Below are positions 52,301-64,000 of a DNA stretch of 64,000 nt, in pieces (positions within the stretch are counted from its first letter, which is position 1; each line of letters starts with the position of its first letter). The notes below the pieces were generated by a model that was not told the origin of the DNA, searched no databases, and worked only from the letters and a program-made list of their open reading frames with translations. The DNA lies in the NCBI GenBank assembly GCA_951406725.2, contig OX597825.1, forward strand, positions 15,314,001 through 15,378,000, given 5' to 3'. Position numbers and translations under genes: made by a program. The DNA comes from Octopus vulgaris. Its lineage: Eukaryota.

Positions 52301-52777
52301 AAAGAAAAATGTATTGCTAGACCAATCCTAGTCGCTGAAAAATATCTAAATAGATACATGTTCAAAATAATGTTTATGGTATTCTTTCGTAGCAGGTCCA
52401 TATATGAAAATTATGTCATCCTTTAGAGTATTTTTGTGGTAAATACTTGCTAATAGTATTTCTGAATATTATAACTCTTTTGAAAGATCAGCAAAGTATA
52501 TTTAGCAGACACACGCTGTTTCTGAAATATATCAATGGTATTTATAATGATTGGTTGCTATTACTCCTCGAGCAGAGTTTATAATGTCCACCTAATTGTA
52601 ACCAACAGCTGGATGTTATACATGTAAACTTCTCACTGTTGATAACAGCAATAATGTGTGATTATAGCTACGTTCTCGATGTTGGTGTTAACAAGACCTG
52701 AATGAGTGAAATATTCTGCATAGTATTTCTCACAGAAGTGGAGTTACCATGTTATTGTGATTAAAGCTAGGTTTATA

Positions 52778-52809
<32 letters not shown>

Positions 52810-53105
52810 CTAGCAGTATCGCCCGGCGTTGCTCGGGTTTGTAAGGGAAATAACTATATAAGCATTTTTAGAGAGTTACTTCCCTTATATAATAGCAAAA
52901 AAATGCATTAAAAATGGGAAAAAATTATGGTAATTTTTTTTTTAAATCGTAGACTCATCGTAGACGCGCGCTAATACCCAGAAGGGCTCGATATGAATCA
53001 CGACTATAAGATACCCGCTTTTGGTTAAACTGCACCGCAAAATGTGGGAGTAGTTAGGAATCTAAATCGTAGGAGACAGACACACAACTTCACTTTTATA
53101 TATAA

Positions 53106-53108
<3 letters not shown>
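52810..53108 (-). mobile_element. Non-autonomous Helitron, complete, inserted in (TA)n
   Basis: Minus strand starts TC (TCTTTATATATAAAAG), ends with hairpin CCCGAGC-AAC-GCCGGG shortly before terminal CTAG; inserted between A and T without a TSD. Confidence 0.9.
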
Positions 53109-53138
<30 letters not shown>

Positions 53139-53574
53139 TAGATGACCTTCATTTTAATGATGACAACACTCATATATTCTTGTAGTTAATTATAGTAAGA
53201 GATCGCTTTTATAAAGCCTCTATGGTGTGTACAACAGGTGTCGCTATTAAAGCTAGCCATGTGATTTTCGGCACATGACAAGTGTCATAAGCAGCCCTCC
53301 ATATTGGTGCTATCAATATTTAAGATATCCTTAGCACGAACCGTTTGATTTTGAATTGTCTTATTTTATTTCGCTTAAATCTGATTTCTTTCGGAATTCG
53401 CTATTCTAAATAATAATAACCACTAGTTGATAGATTTATATAGTAATGAATATGAGAAGTAGTCTACATCTTACATTCATGGCTAAATCATAGATGTTAT
53501 ATCTATACCTTCATGTTATTTATAGGTTTTCGGTGTTAGAAGTTGTCTCCGTGGTATGGTATGTTCTAAATTTT

Positions 53575-53770
53575 GGCACAGGGTCTCCAATATTAGGGGG
53601 GGGAGAACTGTAGTCGGTGACACCGGCCCCTGTACTTGACTGCTACTAATTTTATCGACCCCCCCACCTAAAGGCTGAAAGGCAAATTTGATTTCGGAGG
53701 AATTTCAACATAGAACATCAACACGAATGCTAAAGGACATTTGTCAAGAGTGCAAAAGATTCTGCCAGCT
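53575..53770 (-). mobile_element. SINE family B, diverged
   Basis: TTTATCGACCCC, TGAAAGGCAAA, GATTCTGCCAGCT blocks. Confidence 0.7.
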
Positions 53771-55314
53771 TGTCTCTATGGTACAAGTAACAAGAACTAA
53801 ATGTTAAATGTAGTCTTCATGCTGATGCTAACAAACCCGGGTGTTGAAGATTTTTGTCTGCATGCTTTTTGTTCTGTTAAGAAATGTTCGGTGTTATAAA
53901 TATCTTCTCTGTTTTATTGTTTACAACTGGGATGGGGCGTTGTTGGTTTTGTAAATATTCCCTTCATTTTCTTGTGAACAAATGTTCTCATTTAGACACA
54001 GACTCCATGTAATAAAACTAAATGAACATTAACAAGAGAAGTGTGTTAGAAAGTGAGCATGATGTATAGATCAGGTGATATAAATTCTGTACATATTCAG
54101 CATGTGACAGGTGTTAGAAACAATTATGGCTGCTATATAAATTTTGAAATCATTTATAGCATAAACCTGTTGTTTGCGTATTGTCTCTTTTTTTTTTTGG
54201 ATTTTTCTTTCTTCTTTTTTTGTTTGGTATTTCCTGATGAGATATAACTTGTAGTTTTAAAAGTGTCATATATTACTAGAGTTAGCTGTCGTAAATAAAC
54301 TCAACTGTATATTTATAAATATGCATTCCAATGCGTATTAAATTTCAGTCTAGTAAGTTAGTTGTTAATCTCTACATTAATGTTAACAAGGGATGAATTA
54401 TAAGAATATTCTGAATAAAAGATGAATGACAGAAATATATGCACTCCAAGTTATTATCAAGTGTTCACTATTAAAATTTATTTCCAAATTATTGCTAACA
54501 AATATCCGATAGTATGAATATTTTCTCCTTTATATTGTTAGTAAATATTGCGTGTAGATATAATTATTAACAACGTTTGACTATCAGAGGTACTCTCTAT
54601 AGTGCAGTAAACAAGAACTACATGGTGTACATTTAATTTGTGTCATTTTTAACAGTATACATGTTGCAAGATTCCCTTCTTAATCACACGTCTACTTTTA
54701 TTATGTTCGATAACGTTTGGTTTATTCCTTCGCCTATTTAATTAGAAGCATGTGTTACAAAGCTTTCTCGTGTTGCTTTAAACATCAAATGCTATAATTC
54801 GGCGAACCGTTAAATGCCGAGGCTGTCGCTGAAATTACGCCCTTAATCACACTATTAATCAAATTGCTTTAATGAGACGAAAGTTTTGGAGTAGAAAGGG
54901 CATTAGCTAATGCACCTACGTCTTTGATCCTGGTTTGCCAACGTGTAATAGAGTTGGTCTTTGCTAAATAACTACAAGAGAGTTTATTAAGAGTGGAGTT
55001 GGTGATATTACTTTGAGGGAGACAAGCCTGTTAGGTATCTCAGCATAGATGATAGCATTGTTAATGAGATTAAAGGTTAGGAAGTTGAGGTGTTATAGTG
55101 TTAGTCGTAAACTAGACGTAAAGCACAACGCCAGTTAACCTCGCAATCTGACGATTTTGTGCAGCCGTTTGGGCGCTGACAATATGGCACGGCTGAGTGG
55201 ACATTCAGCCTTACATGGTGACAATACTACTTTTGTGGCAGTGAACAAAAACACCCTTCCACACCCAAAGACAAACACACACATTATGTGTGATGGAAAC
55301 AACCATATACATTT

Positions 55315-55710
55315 AAGGCGGTGAGCTGGCAGAAACGTTGGCACGCCGGGCGAAAAGATAGCGATATTTATTCTGCCGCTACGTTCTGAGTTCAAATTCC
55401 GCCGAGGTCGATTTTGCCTTTCATCCTTTCGGGATCGATAAATTAAGTACCAGTTAAGCACTGGAGTCGATATAATCTACTTAATCCGTTTGTCTGTCTT
55501 TGTTTATCCCTTCTGTGTTTAGCCCACTGTGGGTAGTAAAGAAATATGTATTTCGTCTGTCTTTACGTTCTGAGTTCAAATTCCGCCGAGGTCGACTTTG
55601 CCTTTTATCCTTTCGGGGTCGATAAATTAAGTACCGTTTGCTTACTGGAGTCGATCTAAACGACTGGCCCCCTCCCCCAAAAATTCGCGCCTTGTGCCTA
55701 GAGTAGAAAA
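55315..55710 (+). mobile_element. SINE family B, dimeric
   Basis: Same head, two cores and final CCTTGTGCCTAGAGTAGAAA tail as 16459-16857. Confidence 0.9.
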
Positions 55711-55960
55711 TATTATTGCTTTCTATTAATCCTGCAAAATCCGGGAACTATTTATCTATTTTCATATTTCATAGCAATTGCTTTTCATAAATGATTATCA
55801 ACATTTTTATAGTTAATATTAGTTTCATACATTTGAAATTGTCATTTTGTAATTAACAGAAATCGATATATACCTAACAAGATTTCGGTATCTCTTTTGA
55901 TTTAATAAACAGCATTTATACTTTATTTTATTCAACAAGGATTTGGATGTTTTGAATATC

Positions 55961-56377
55961 AGGCGCAGGAGTGAATGTGTGGTAAATAGCTTGTTTACCA
56001 ACCACACGGTTCCAGGTTCAGTCCCACTGCGTGGCATCTTGGGCAAGTGTCTTCTGCTATAGCCTCGGGCCGACCAAAGCCTTGTGAGTGGATTTGGTAG
56101 ACGGAAACTGAAAGAAGCCCGTCGTATATATGTATATATATATATATATATATGCGTGTGTGTGTTTGTGTGTCTCTGTTTGTCCCCCTAGCATTGCTTG
56201 ACAACCGATGCTGGTGTGTTTATGTCCCCGTTACTTAGCGGTTCGGCAAAAGAGACCGATAGAATAAGTACTGGGCTTACAAAAGAATAAGCCCCGGGGT
56301 CGAGGTGCTCGATTAAAGGCGGTGCCCCAGCATGGCCGCAGTCATATGACTGAAACAAGTAAAAGAGTAAAGAGAGT
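55961..56377 (+). mobile_element. SINE family A, full length, young
   Basis: Close match to 48329-48725. Confidence 0.93.
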
Positions 56378-56906
56378 ATCTATCTCGTTATATGTTACAC
56401 GAAACTGTCACAACATAAATCTACATCTTATTATATCACTCGTGAAATAATATAATAGCAATATCTGTTTACCGATTTCTTACCTTTACAACATGCATCG
56501 TACTTTCATCAATTATCTTACTTATCTCTCTTTGTAAGATAGTTTCGAAAGCTGTTGCTTGTAATCTCAAGATCAAACCTTTATATTGTCGTTACCAATG
56601 TTTCTCTCAGGTGTTTTATCTCATTGTATCATTTACATTCTTCCTGTTATTTTTTTTATCACATTGCTAAAGCTACCATCTCTCATAGCTGCCGTCTGTT
56701 ATCTCAACATCAGCCTTTCATATAATTATCATCAGTGATTCTTTTTTAGTTCTTTTATCTCGTTGTACCTATGTTATCATCCTTATAAGTGTTGTGCGTT
56801 ACCATTTGTTCCTTGTTCTCTTAAAACTATGATTTCTCTGATGTTCTGTTTACTCAAAATGTATCATCTTACGCATTATTTTGATTGGTTCGTCCATTAT
56901 CAGTAG

Positions 56907-57052
56907 AGTCCCTATGCTGTGACTACGAAGGCCACATATTGTTACGAAGACGACATTCAGACAAATAAAATTGTCCCAGATTATCCCAGTCTGTATCTTC
57001 TTTACCTTAATAGATCTGAATTCACTGATGTATGGCCGCAATCCGGAACCAA
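56907..57052 (+). CDS. Candidate internal coding exon of an unidentified host gene
   Basis: CAGTAG acceptor, stop-free frame SPYAVTTKATYCYEDDIQTNKIVPDYPSLYLLYLNRSEFTDVWPQSGT, donor AA|GTAAGA; no homology recognised. Confidence 0.3.
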
Positions 57053-57759
57053 GTAAGAACAAAATCAAGAACGAAATCACTCGTAAGCATTTAAATAGTT
57101 GCACTGTTCTCTTCTCTCGAATAGTTGATTCCTTTTGGAAGCCTCTTTGTATGTTGTAGTCTTATAGTGCGGTATTGTGTGCATGTGTGTGCGTGTTGTT
57201 TAGCTATTATAGTACTATGAGTGGTTCTTCATAATATGTAGTTTTGGTAATGTAAATCACATATTTTATACTTCACCTTTCTTATGCCTGGTTCAAACAA
57301 AAACAGTCAACCATCTTTTTAAATTTACAAATGTTATCACCATTTTCCAGGTACCATCAACCAATAGTTAGAGCTTTAGTGCATTACACCCTACCTCAGG
57401 AATATTGCTTTATAATTCAGGAAATATTTTTTAAGTTTAGCCAACAAATGAATTTAAATTTTGAATGGTAATTGTGACGTATGTTAAGAAATAGACTGAT
57501 TTCTAAATATGGACCATATGCGTTCCTTTTCTGAGAACGTAACTAATCTTTGGTTTATCAATTCCTTTATTTGATTTCTTCAGACTGCGGCCATACTGGA
57601 ACACCACCAATATCTTCTTTATATTTCACAGGAGTTAAGTATTACCAGCATTGATGTAATTGATGGGAACTGATTTATATATTTCAGATTTTAATAATAT
57701 AAACTTACTCGTCGTATTTCAACAAAAACCTTAGCTATTATTAGAAGACTTATGAAATC

Positions 57760-57965
57760 GCCGAGTCGGTAGAACTATTACATGCCGGGCAAAATGCTTA
57801 GCGCTATTTCGCTCGGCTTTACGATCAGAGTTCAAATTCCGCCGAGGTCGATTATGCCTTTCATCCTTTTGGGATCAATAAAATAGATACCAGTTAAACA
57901 CTGGGGTCGATGTAATCTACTTACCCCGTCCCTGAAACTGGTAGCTTAGTGCCAAAATTTGAAAC
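57760..57965 (+). mobile_element. SINE family B, monomer
   Basis: GAGTTCAAATTCCGCCGAGGTCGA..TGCCTTTCATCCTTT core. Confidence 0.85.
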
Positions 57966-58470
57966 AATTATTAGTATGCTCCTGTCCGCATTCTGGAATT
58001 ATTTGATAATATGGCAGACTACACTTTGCTACATTTATCATAAAACATTGATACAATACTGATATGTGTTCAAATACTATGGTCATGGTTTTCACCCCTT
58101 TTCTAATCTGCCGACTGTTTTACTATTACTGTCGTTATCTCTTCAACTTACATGGTTCTTTCAACTCTTATCATTTCATCTGTCTACTACATCATTCTTA
58201 GATATGTTGTCTGTTATCTACGCAGAAGCCTTTTATATATAACTGTTCATGATGTTTTATCTTATTCTACCTATACAGTTATATTTATTGATATATATGT
58301 TCTCTGTCGTTTTTTAAGCTATGTTTCTTTAAACCTATCTTTAGGTGTGGGCGTTCTCTTAGTGTAAATATATATTTACACAAAATATATTGTCGATACA
58401 CAGAAATGCATCATTAGAGAGGACTCTATGAACATAAAACGTACTTCCAACAGCAAAACCTCTGCTATTT

Positions 58471-58830
58471 AAATAATGATAATGAAATTATTGTATACAA
58501 TGCTCAGGTGCACCACAACTTGTCAGAGTATATGCAGTAATGTACAAATGTCTGGAAAGCGAACAATGCATGAGTCAGATACATGCTTGTGTGTGTATGG
58601 AGGGGAGAAAATCAGGTGTAGTGTTGGCGAATCTCAGAAAGCATGGAGGTTTTGAAGGATGCAGTGCTCCGACAACTAACAACTGAAGCCGGCAGTTTGT
58701 TCCATGCTTCAGAAACTCTCAGCATGAAAAAATGTTTCCTGAAGTCATGGGAGCTGTGCTGTTTTCTGACTTTCTAAATATGTCCACGGGTGTTAGATGG
58801 GTGGATTTGGAACTACCCACGTTTGATAAG
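58471..58830 (-). mobile_element. CR1-like LINE 3' end (second family)
   Basis: Minus strand translates SNTRGHI*KVRKQHSSHDFRKHFFMLRVSEAWNKLPASV, the TRGH...FF..RV...WN.LP C-terminal signature of CR1 ORF2; (ATT)-type tail. Confidence 0.85.
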
Positions 58831-59440
58831 TTCACGGCTTACGTCCAAGCAGCGCAAAGTTATACGCCCCGCACCATTTATCTAAATTCACATGATGGTT
58901 TTCTGTATATATTACATGAATGCATGATATGTCAGCGTTGTACCAATGATTCCAAGCCTTGTTAGATCCTTGCAGTGTAAGCTCAGACCTCCGGCCACGA
59001 AAATGTCACGCAGGAATTCTAACAATGAGGCGGCCCTCCACAAAGCGTTTCCTTCACATGTCTTTTGGTCAATATGGAATGAACTACCAAAGTTGTCACG
59101 CAGTAGTATCGAACTTTGGTTGATAAATTACTACATTAATCATGTAGATTTGTCTGTGGTTTTGCTTCTTTTATTTATATTAGGTCCATTAAGTTTGGAA
59201 TTTTCTTGTACAGTACTTTTTTTTTGAGGGGGTGAGGTAGAAGGGACATTACGCAATATACTGCTTGCAGTTTCATGTTTATGTTTAATAATGGGTCCTC
59301 AGTTTATATAATTAATACATTGCTTGCTCTCTCTGTTATGCATTGTACTGGAAAGGTTATTGCCTCTTTAATGTGTACAAGGAATAATCAATATTTGGAT
59401 GCTGTAACCAGCCGTGAAAGAGAAAATGTTTACATTTCAG

Positions 59441-59528
59441 CGAAGCTTCAAAGCAGGAGAAACAGTCCCATATCACCCAAAAGAAGAAAAGATATCGTTT
59501 AAGAATTTACCTACATAATGTAGCATGA
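59441..59528 (+). CDS. Candidate terminal coding exon of an unidentified host gene
   Basis: TTTACATTTCAG acceptor; phase-compatible with 56907-57052 giving NEASKQEKQSHITQKKKRYRLRIYLHNVA*; followed by repeat-free AT-rich sequence with AATAAA sites. Confidence 0.2.
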
Positions 59529-60494
59529 GATCTGATATGTACAGGAGTGTTACTGTTAGACATTGATATTAATATATCTGCTTTTGAAGAGCTGATCTAA
59601 TTCTGAAAATATAATACATATTCAGAGTTTGTCATTTTCTGAACAGAGTAATAGCATAAAATCTAAACCAAAAACAATGTAGAAGCCGTATAAAGCATAC
59701 CAGCTTCAGTGACAACGATGAAAGACATATCTATAAGCTATTTTGAATAATTAGTAATTAGCATGCATTTGTGTTCAGTTTTGCACAAACTACTTTTTAA
59801 CTCTAGGGTGTCTAGCTATTAAGTATTTGTTTATTTATTTTTTCTTCTCGTTTTTTTGCCAAATGTTTGGAAAATTCTATTTACTCTTTTCAAATTGTAT
59901 AGAGATATAAGTTAAAATTAAAGTTTACAGTTCAACGTTACAGTATTATTAAATCACATATTACATACACTATAGAGACTCGGGGAAAGAAAAAGACAAA
60001 ATTATTTATTTATTTTTTGCCTCGTATATCCGAAGTATATTTCTCTCTTCTTTTATACAAAAACAGTTGCCAAACAATGTGATTTAATAAATCAATCAAC
60101 AATTTTATAATTTTTCTTTTTTAGTTAAAGAATTTTTTTTTATCAAAGTTGCATATTACCACTCCTTTTTTATATATTTTTAAAACTTAAATAAATATTT
60201 TCAAAAATTTGTTGAAAAATAATGCAACTAGTCACTGTTGTGATATAGATCAACTTTTGCTTAGATAATATTTGTCATATATTTCCTTTTTTTTCCCCAA
60301 TTTTCAGTTGACTATTGAAAAAAAAACTATAATTTGTCTATAGCTGAATTATTTGGTGTAACAGGAAAGCAATTTTCCAAAGTAAATAATAAAAGAAAAT
60401 GTTTGGAAAATAACTGAATAGTTGGATAAATGTCAAGCAGAATATTCCTGTAGACCAGACTTCATGTGTGTTTATATGTGTATGTGTGTATTGT

Positions 60495-60550
<56 letters not shown>

Positions 60551-60705
60551 TACATACTTACATACTCATGTGTAAAATAATGAACAACTTAAAGAAAAAT
60601 CTTTAGAAAATATTGTATTTTTTCGAGCCAAAATCTATAAGCTAGAGAATCGACGAGACATGATCATAAATAAAGGCGATATGTGAGATTAGATTATACA
60701 TCATA

Positions 60706-60707
<2 letters not shown>

Positions 60708-60795
<88 letters not shown>
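60708..60795. repeat. (GT)n microsatellite
   Basis: Direct inspection. Confidence 0.95.
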
Positions 60796-60796
<1 letters not shown>

Positions 60797-61179
60797 ATGC
60801 CGTTGATGTACATGAACGGATGAAAACTACTGAAAAGCGAAGTTAAGTTTAGAGATGTATTTCAGATGATCCAGCAACGTATTTCTCTGCAGTTTATCCT
60901 CGACGGGCGGTTAGCGATTCAGACACGTAAAGCTAAACATTGCACAACAGGTTTTCGCATGTTGCTAGACAGAACCAACATTGTAATTGACTCATTGACT
61001 GATTGACTGATAGGAAAATCTATGGAAGAAATAGACTCTTTTTAAAAGTGGAACTCGAAGCGGAGGAAGCTATAAACAATATCCACGTAACTATTCGTAT
61101 AAAACGTACGACTGTATTATTAGAGCTTTGCTCTTTCTCTGTGTTTTCGCCAGGTTTACTACAAGCGCGTCTCATTTTA

Positions 61180-61562
61180 TTCTTTTATTTGTTTTCTTGC
61201 TTCAGTCTTTTTGACTGCGACCATGTTGGAGCATCGCCTTGCAGGGTTGCAGTCGAACAAATCGCCCCCAGGTCCTATTATTTTAAGCCGAACACATATT
61301 TTATCGATCACTTTGTCAAACACCGGTTGTCAAGAGGCGGTAGGGGAACACCACAGGCAGAAAGATACACACACGTATACAGAAATACACACACACACAT
61401 ACACACATATCTATATATATACATGACGGGCTTCTTTCAGTTTCCGCCAACCATATCCACTCACAAAGTTTTGATCGGCCACAGGCTGTAATGGAAGACC
61501 CCTGGTGAAGGTGTCACGCAGTGAGACTGAATCTGGAATCATGTGGTTGTGCAGCAAGCTTC
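61180..61562 (-). mobile_element. SINE family A, diverged
   Basis: GACGGGCTTCTTTCAGTTTCCG and ATCCACTCACAA blocks. Confidence 0.8.
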
Positions 61563-61714
61563 TTTATTTCATTACATTTGTCATAAAGGCCTAATACAGA
61601 TGAAAGCTTGCGGGCTGGACACAGACACAATGATGATGATGGAATGAAAAAAGAGATGTCTGGTGGAGGAAGCAGCCAACGCCCGCCAATTGTTACTTCT
61701 CGATAGCATTGTTC

Positions 61715-62600
61715 TTTTTTAAAAACATAAATGAGGTGTTGAACCTCTTACAACAATTAGAAATTGAGGAGCTTAGCCTCTTACCAATCAAAAAAAGTTC
61801 AGCAAATATGTTCAACTTGAGGCGCTAAGCCTCTTACCAAATCACCAAATTCGAATCGAGGCACTAAGATCTCTTACTCTACCTCCCCGATAAAGTCTCT
61901 TACCGCCTGCAGTCGCAAGCTGGGGCTCCAGAATAGATAATTGTATTCATCATCGGTAAAGGAATCTGTCACCTTGCAGAAATAATTTTCCTCCATGACC
62001 TCCGCAGCCAACTGCGGAGGCCAATCCGGGTTTTCAATGCAGGTCAGGATCGCCTATTCCCAAACTTCCAGATTCCTCACAAAGTTCTCTTCCTTAAGAC
62101 AGAAGATCACAAATTCCTCATTTATTATACTGGGAGGGGCTGTCCCATTATTTTTCTTTTTTTTTTCTTTTCTTGTCTTTGATACAGAAAGGGGTGGTTC
62201 ATTCGCTTTGACCGAATGATCATCCCTCCTGCAGCTTTAGGGTCCCTCGGTGAGCAACCACTGTTGCCCACGTTCTTCCTTTTAGTCGCCTTTTCCTCCG
62301 GGGAGGTCTCTACCTACTCGACTACGTCTATCTCTCCATCCGGAGGAGGAGGGGGCTCTTCCACGACCAACTGTTCTAGGACCCTACTCTGGTCCTGGGG
62401 ACAGTTCTTTTTAATGTGGTCCGGTTCCAGGCACAGGTGGCACTTGAGGTGGCCTCCCTGAAGTATCACTTTGTACCTGCAGCCAGCCATTTTCAAAAAA
62501 ATCTGGAAAAAAAAAAAGATTCTTGGCTGATTGGGTCCACAGGGTCCAAACCCAACCCAATCAGCCGCCGGCAAAATTTTAACATTTTAACATATCTAAT
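61715..62600 (-). mobile_element. Gag-knuckle ORF1-only non-LTR element (Tx1/L1-like ORF1), decayed
   Basis: CHLCLEPDHIKKNC is a CX2CX4HX4C knuckle; basic linker; C-terminal frame ends TAA at 61876-61874; then four hairpin repeats and a short A6 tail; no ORF2 motifs. Confidence 0.65.
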
Positions 62601-62913
62601 TAATCTTCTATACTCCAGAACAAGCACACCAAATGATCCATTGGTTTTCTTACAAATATCTTCTCGTCCTTGTACTATTTCTTTATATTCATCTACCATA
62701 ATGCTTCAAATCGGATTCATTTTAGCTACATCGATACCGAACGCTAATTTGCACTACAAATATTTACTCTAGAAATACGAAATATGCCTTTTTTTGTTTC
62801 TGTATGTGTCTGCGCGTGTTTGTAGAAGAAGATAGAGCTGCATAGTCCATAAATTGGCGCATGCGTGACTGTATGATAAGAAGCTTGTTCCCCAACTGCA
62901 TGGATAGCCCGCC

Positions 62914-62966
<53 letters not shown>

Positions 62967-62987
62967 TACACACACTAATATACATAA

Positions 62988-63041
<54 letters not shown>

Positions 63042-63146
63042 AAGGGTAACATTTATTAATTTATAATTAATAATCGTTTCAAGTAGTTTGGTATGTTAAA
63101 AGAATCATTATCGGTAAACTAATACAAAAATTTTATAATTATTAAT

Positions 63147-63233
63147 ATAATTATAATTAGGGTTTAGCAAAATTGCTTTACCACATACCAATTTCGGTAT
63201 GAAGCAATTTTGCTAAACCCTAATTATAATTAT
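63147..63233. repeat. Fold-back with 32-bp perfect arms between TA tracts
   Basis: ATAATTATAATTAGGGTTTAGCAAAATTGCTT / AAGCAATTTTGCTAAACCCTAATTATAATTAT; inner stem CATACC/GGTATG. Confidence 0.9.
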
Positions 63234-63256
63234 GTTTATAATTGTAAATAATATAT

Positions 63257-63309
<53 letters not shown>

Positions 63310-63311
63310 CA

Positions 63312-63386
63312 CTGGACGTGAAGACGGACGAAATGCCGCTAAGTATTTTTCCCGGCGCGGTAATGATTCTAGCAGCTCGCCGCCCT
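63312..63386 (-). mobile_element. SINE family B head fragment
   Basis: GACGAAATGCCGCTAAG..CCCGGCG..GCTCGCCGCC is the reverse complement of the family B head. Confidence 0.7.
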
Positions 63387-63574
63387 TTTAGATATAAAAT
63401 CTCATGTACATGTACACGCATATATGTGCGAAGTTGAGTGTGTATGTATGTGTGTGTGTTTGCGTGTGTGTGTGCACGCACTCATTAAATTTCTAACTAT
63501 CATGAAACTTATGATATACATTATGTATATACATAAATTTCTCAACAGTAAATTAATGTATTATAATGTAAAGC

Positions 63575-63690
63575 GCGCCGGCAAAAATGCTGAGCGCCAT
63601 TTTGTCGATCTTTTTGTTCAGAGCTCACATACCGCCGATGTCGACTTTGTTTTTCTTCCTTTCAGAATCTGTAGAATAAGTACCAGTTTA
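63575..63690 (+). mobile_element. SINE family B fragment, diverged
   Basis: CGCCGGCAAAAATGCTGAGC and CCGCCGATGTCGACTTTG blocks. Confidence 0.65.
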
Positions 63691-64000
63691 GTACTAGTGG
63701 CCGTGTACCAAACTTTGAAAGTAATATATCACAATGTTTGCTTTTATTCATAATCTATAGTATTCTGCAGCCTTGAGATGCATTTTTGCACAGACGTATT
63801 TAGTTTATAAGAGAGTTAGCAGGTCTCAAACTAAATTTTAAATATACTAATCTGAAGAGTCGAACATCTAGAATTATCTGTAAATAGACAGTAATCTGAT
63901 TTTGAAACGTCGGATAGCGAACGCAGAAAATGTTGTTCTTGTTCATTCTGTAAATTCTAACTGATAATTTCAAGCGCATTTATTTTGCAAAAATCAATAA

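Noticed and set aside
61733-61877. CRISPR-like repeat-spacer appearance
   Set aside because: Eukaryotic context, repeats only about 19 bp and degenerate, irregular spacers, no cas genes; it lies in a retroelement 3' region.
63157-63162. TTAGGG/CCCTAA as telomeric sequence
   Set aside because: A single hexamer per arm of a palindrome, not an array.

Overview
AT-rich, microsatellite-dense eukaryotic DNA that is almost entirely non-coding. The repeat content suggests a cephalopod (Octopus-like) genome; this is an inference from recalled repeat sequences, not a database result. Nearly all ORFs in the supplied track are translations of (TA)n/(CA)n/(GATA)n tracts or SINEs. Recognisable coding remnants are all from retroelements: a 5'-truncated, frameshifted Penelope-like element (RT + Cys-rich linker + GIY-YIG, 3812-6443, minus), three CR1-like LINE 3' fragments, an R4/Dong-like RT fragment, and a gag-knuckle ORF1-only element. 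There are also about 30 tRNA-derived SINE copies in four families, a complete non-autonomous Helitron and several MITE-like pieces. The most striking pattern is a set of ten minimal type-I hammerhead-ribozyme motifs at eight loci, in unrelated sequence contexts, with the core 3:8 pair covarying as C-G, G-C and U-A. Most point towards a (TA)n junction 60-170 nt away, and several sit in fold-back palindromes embedded in (TA)n tracts. These are best read as Penelope-type terminal repeats deposited as hairpins. Two possible host exons near 57-59.5 kb are low confidence. SINE and LINE boundaries are estimated by eye and may be off by 10-20 nt.
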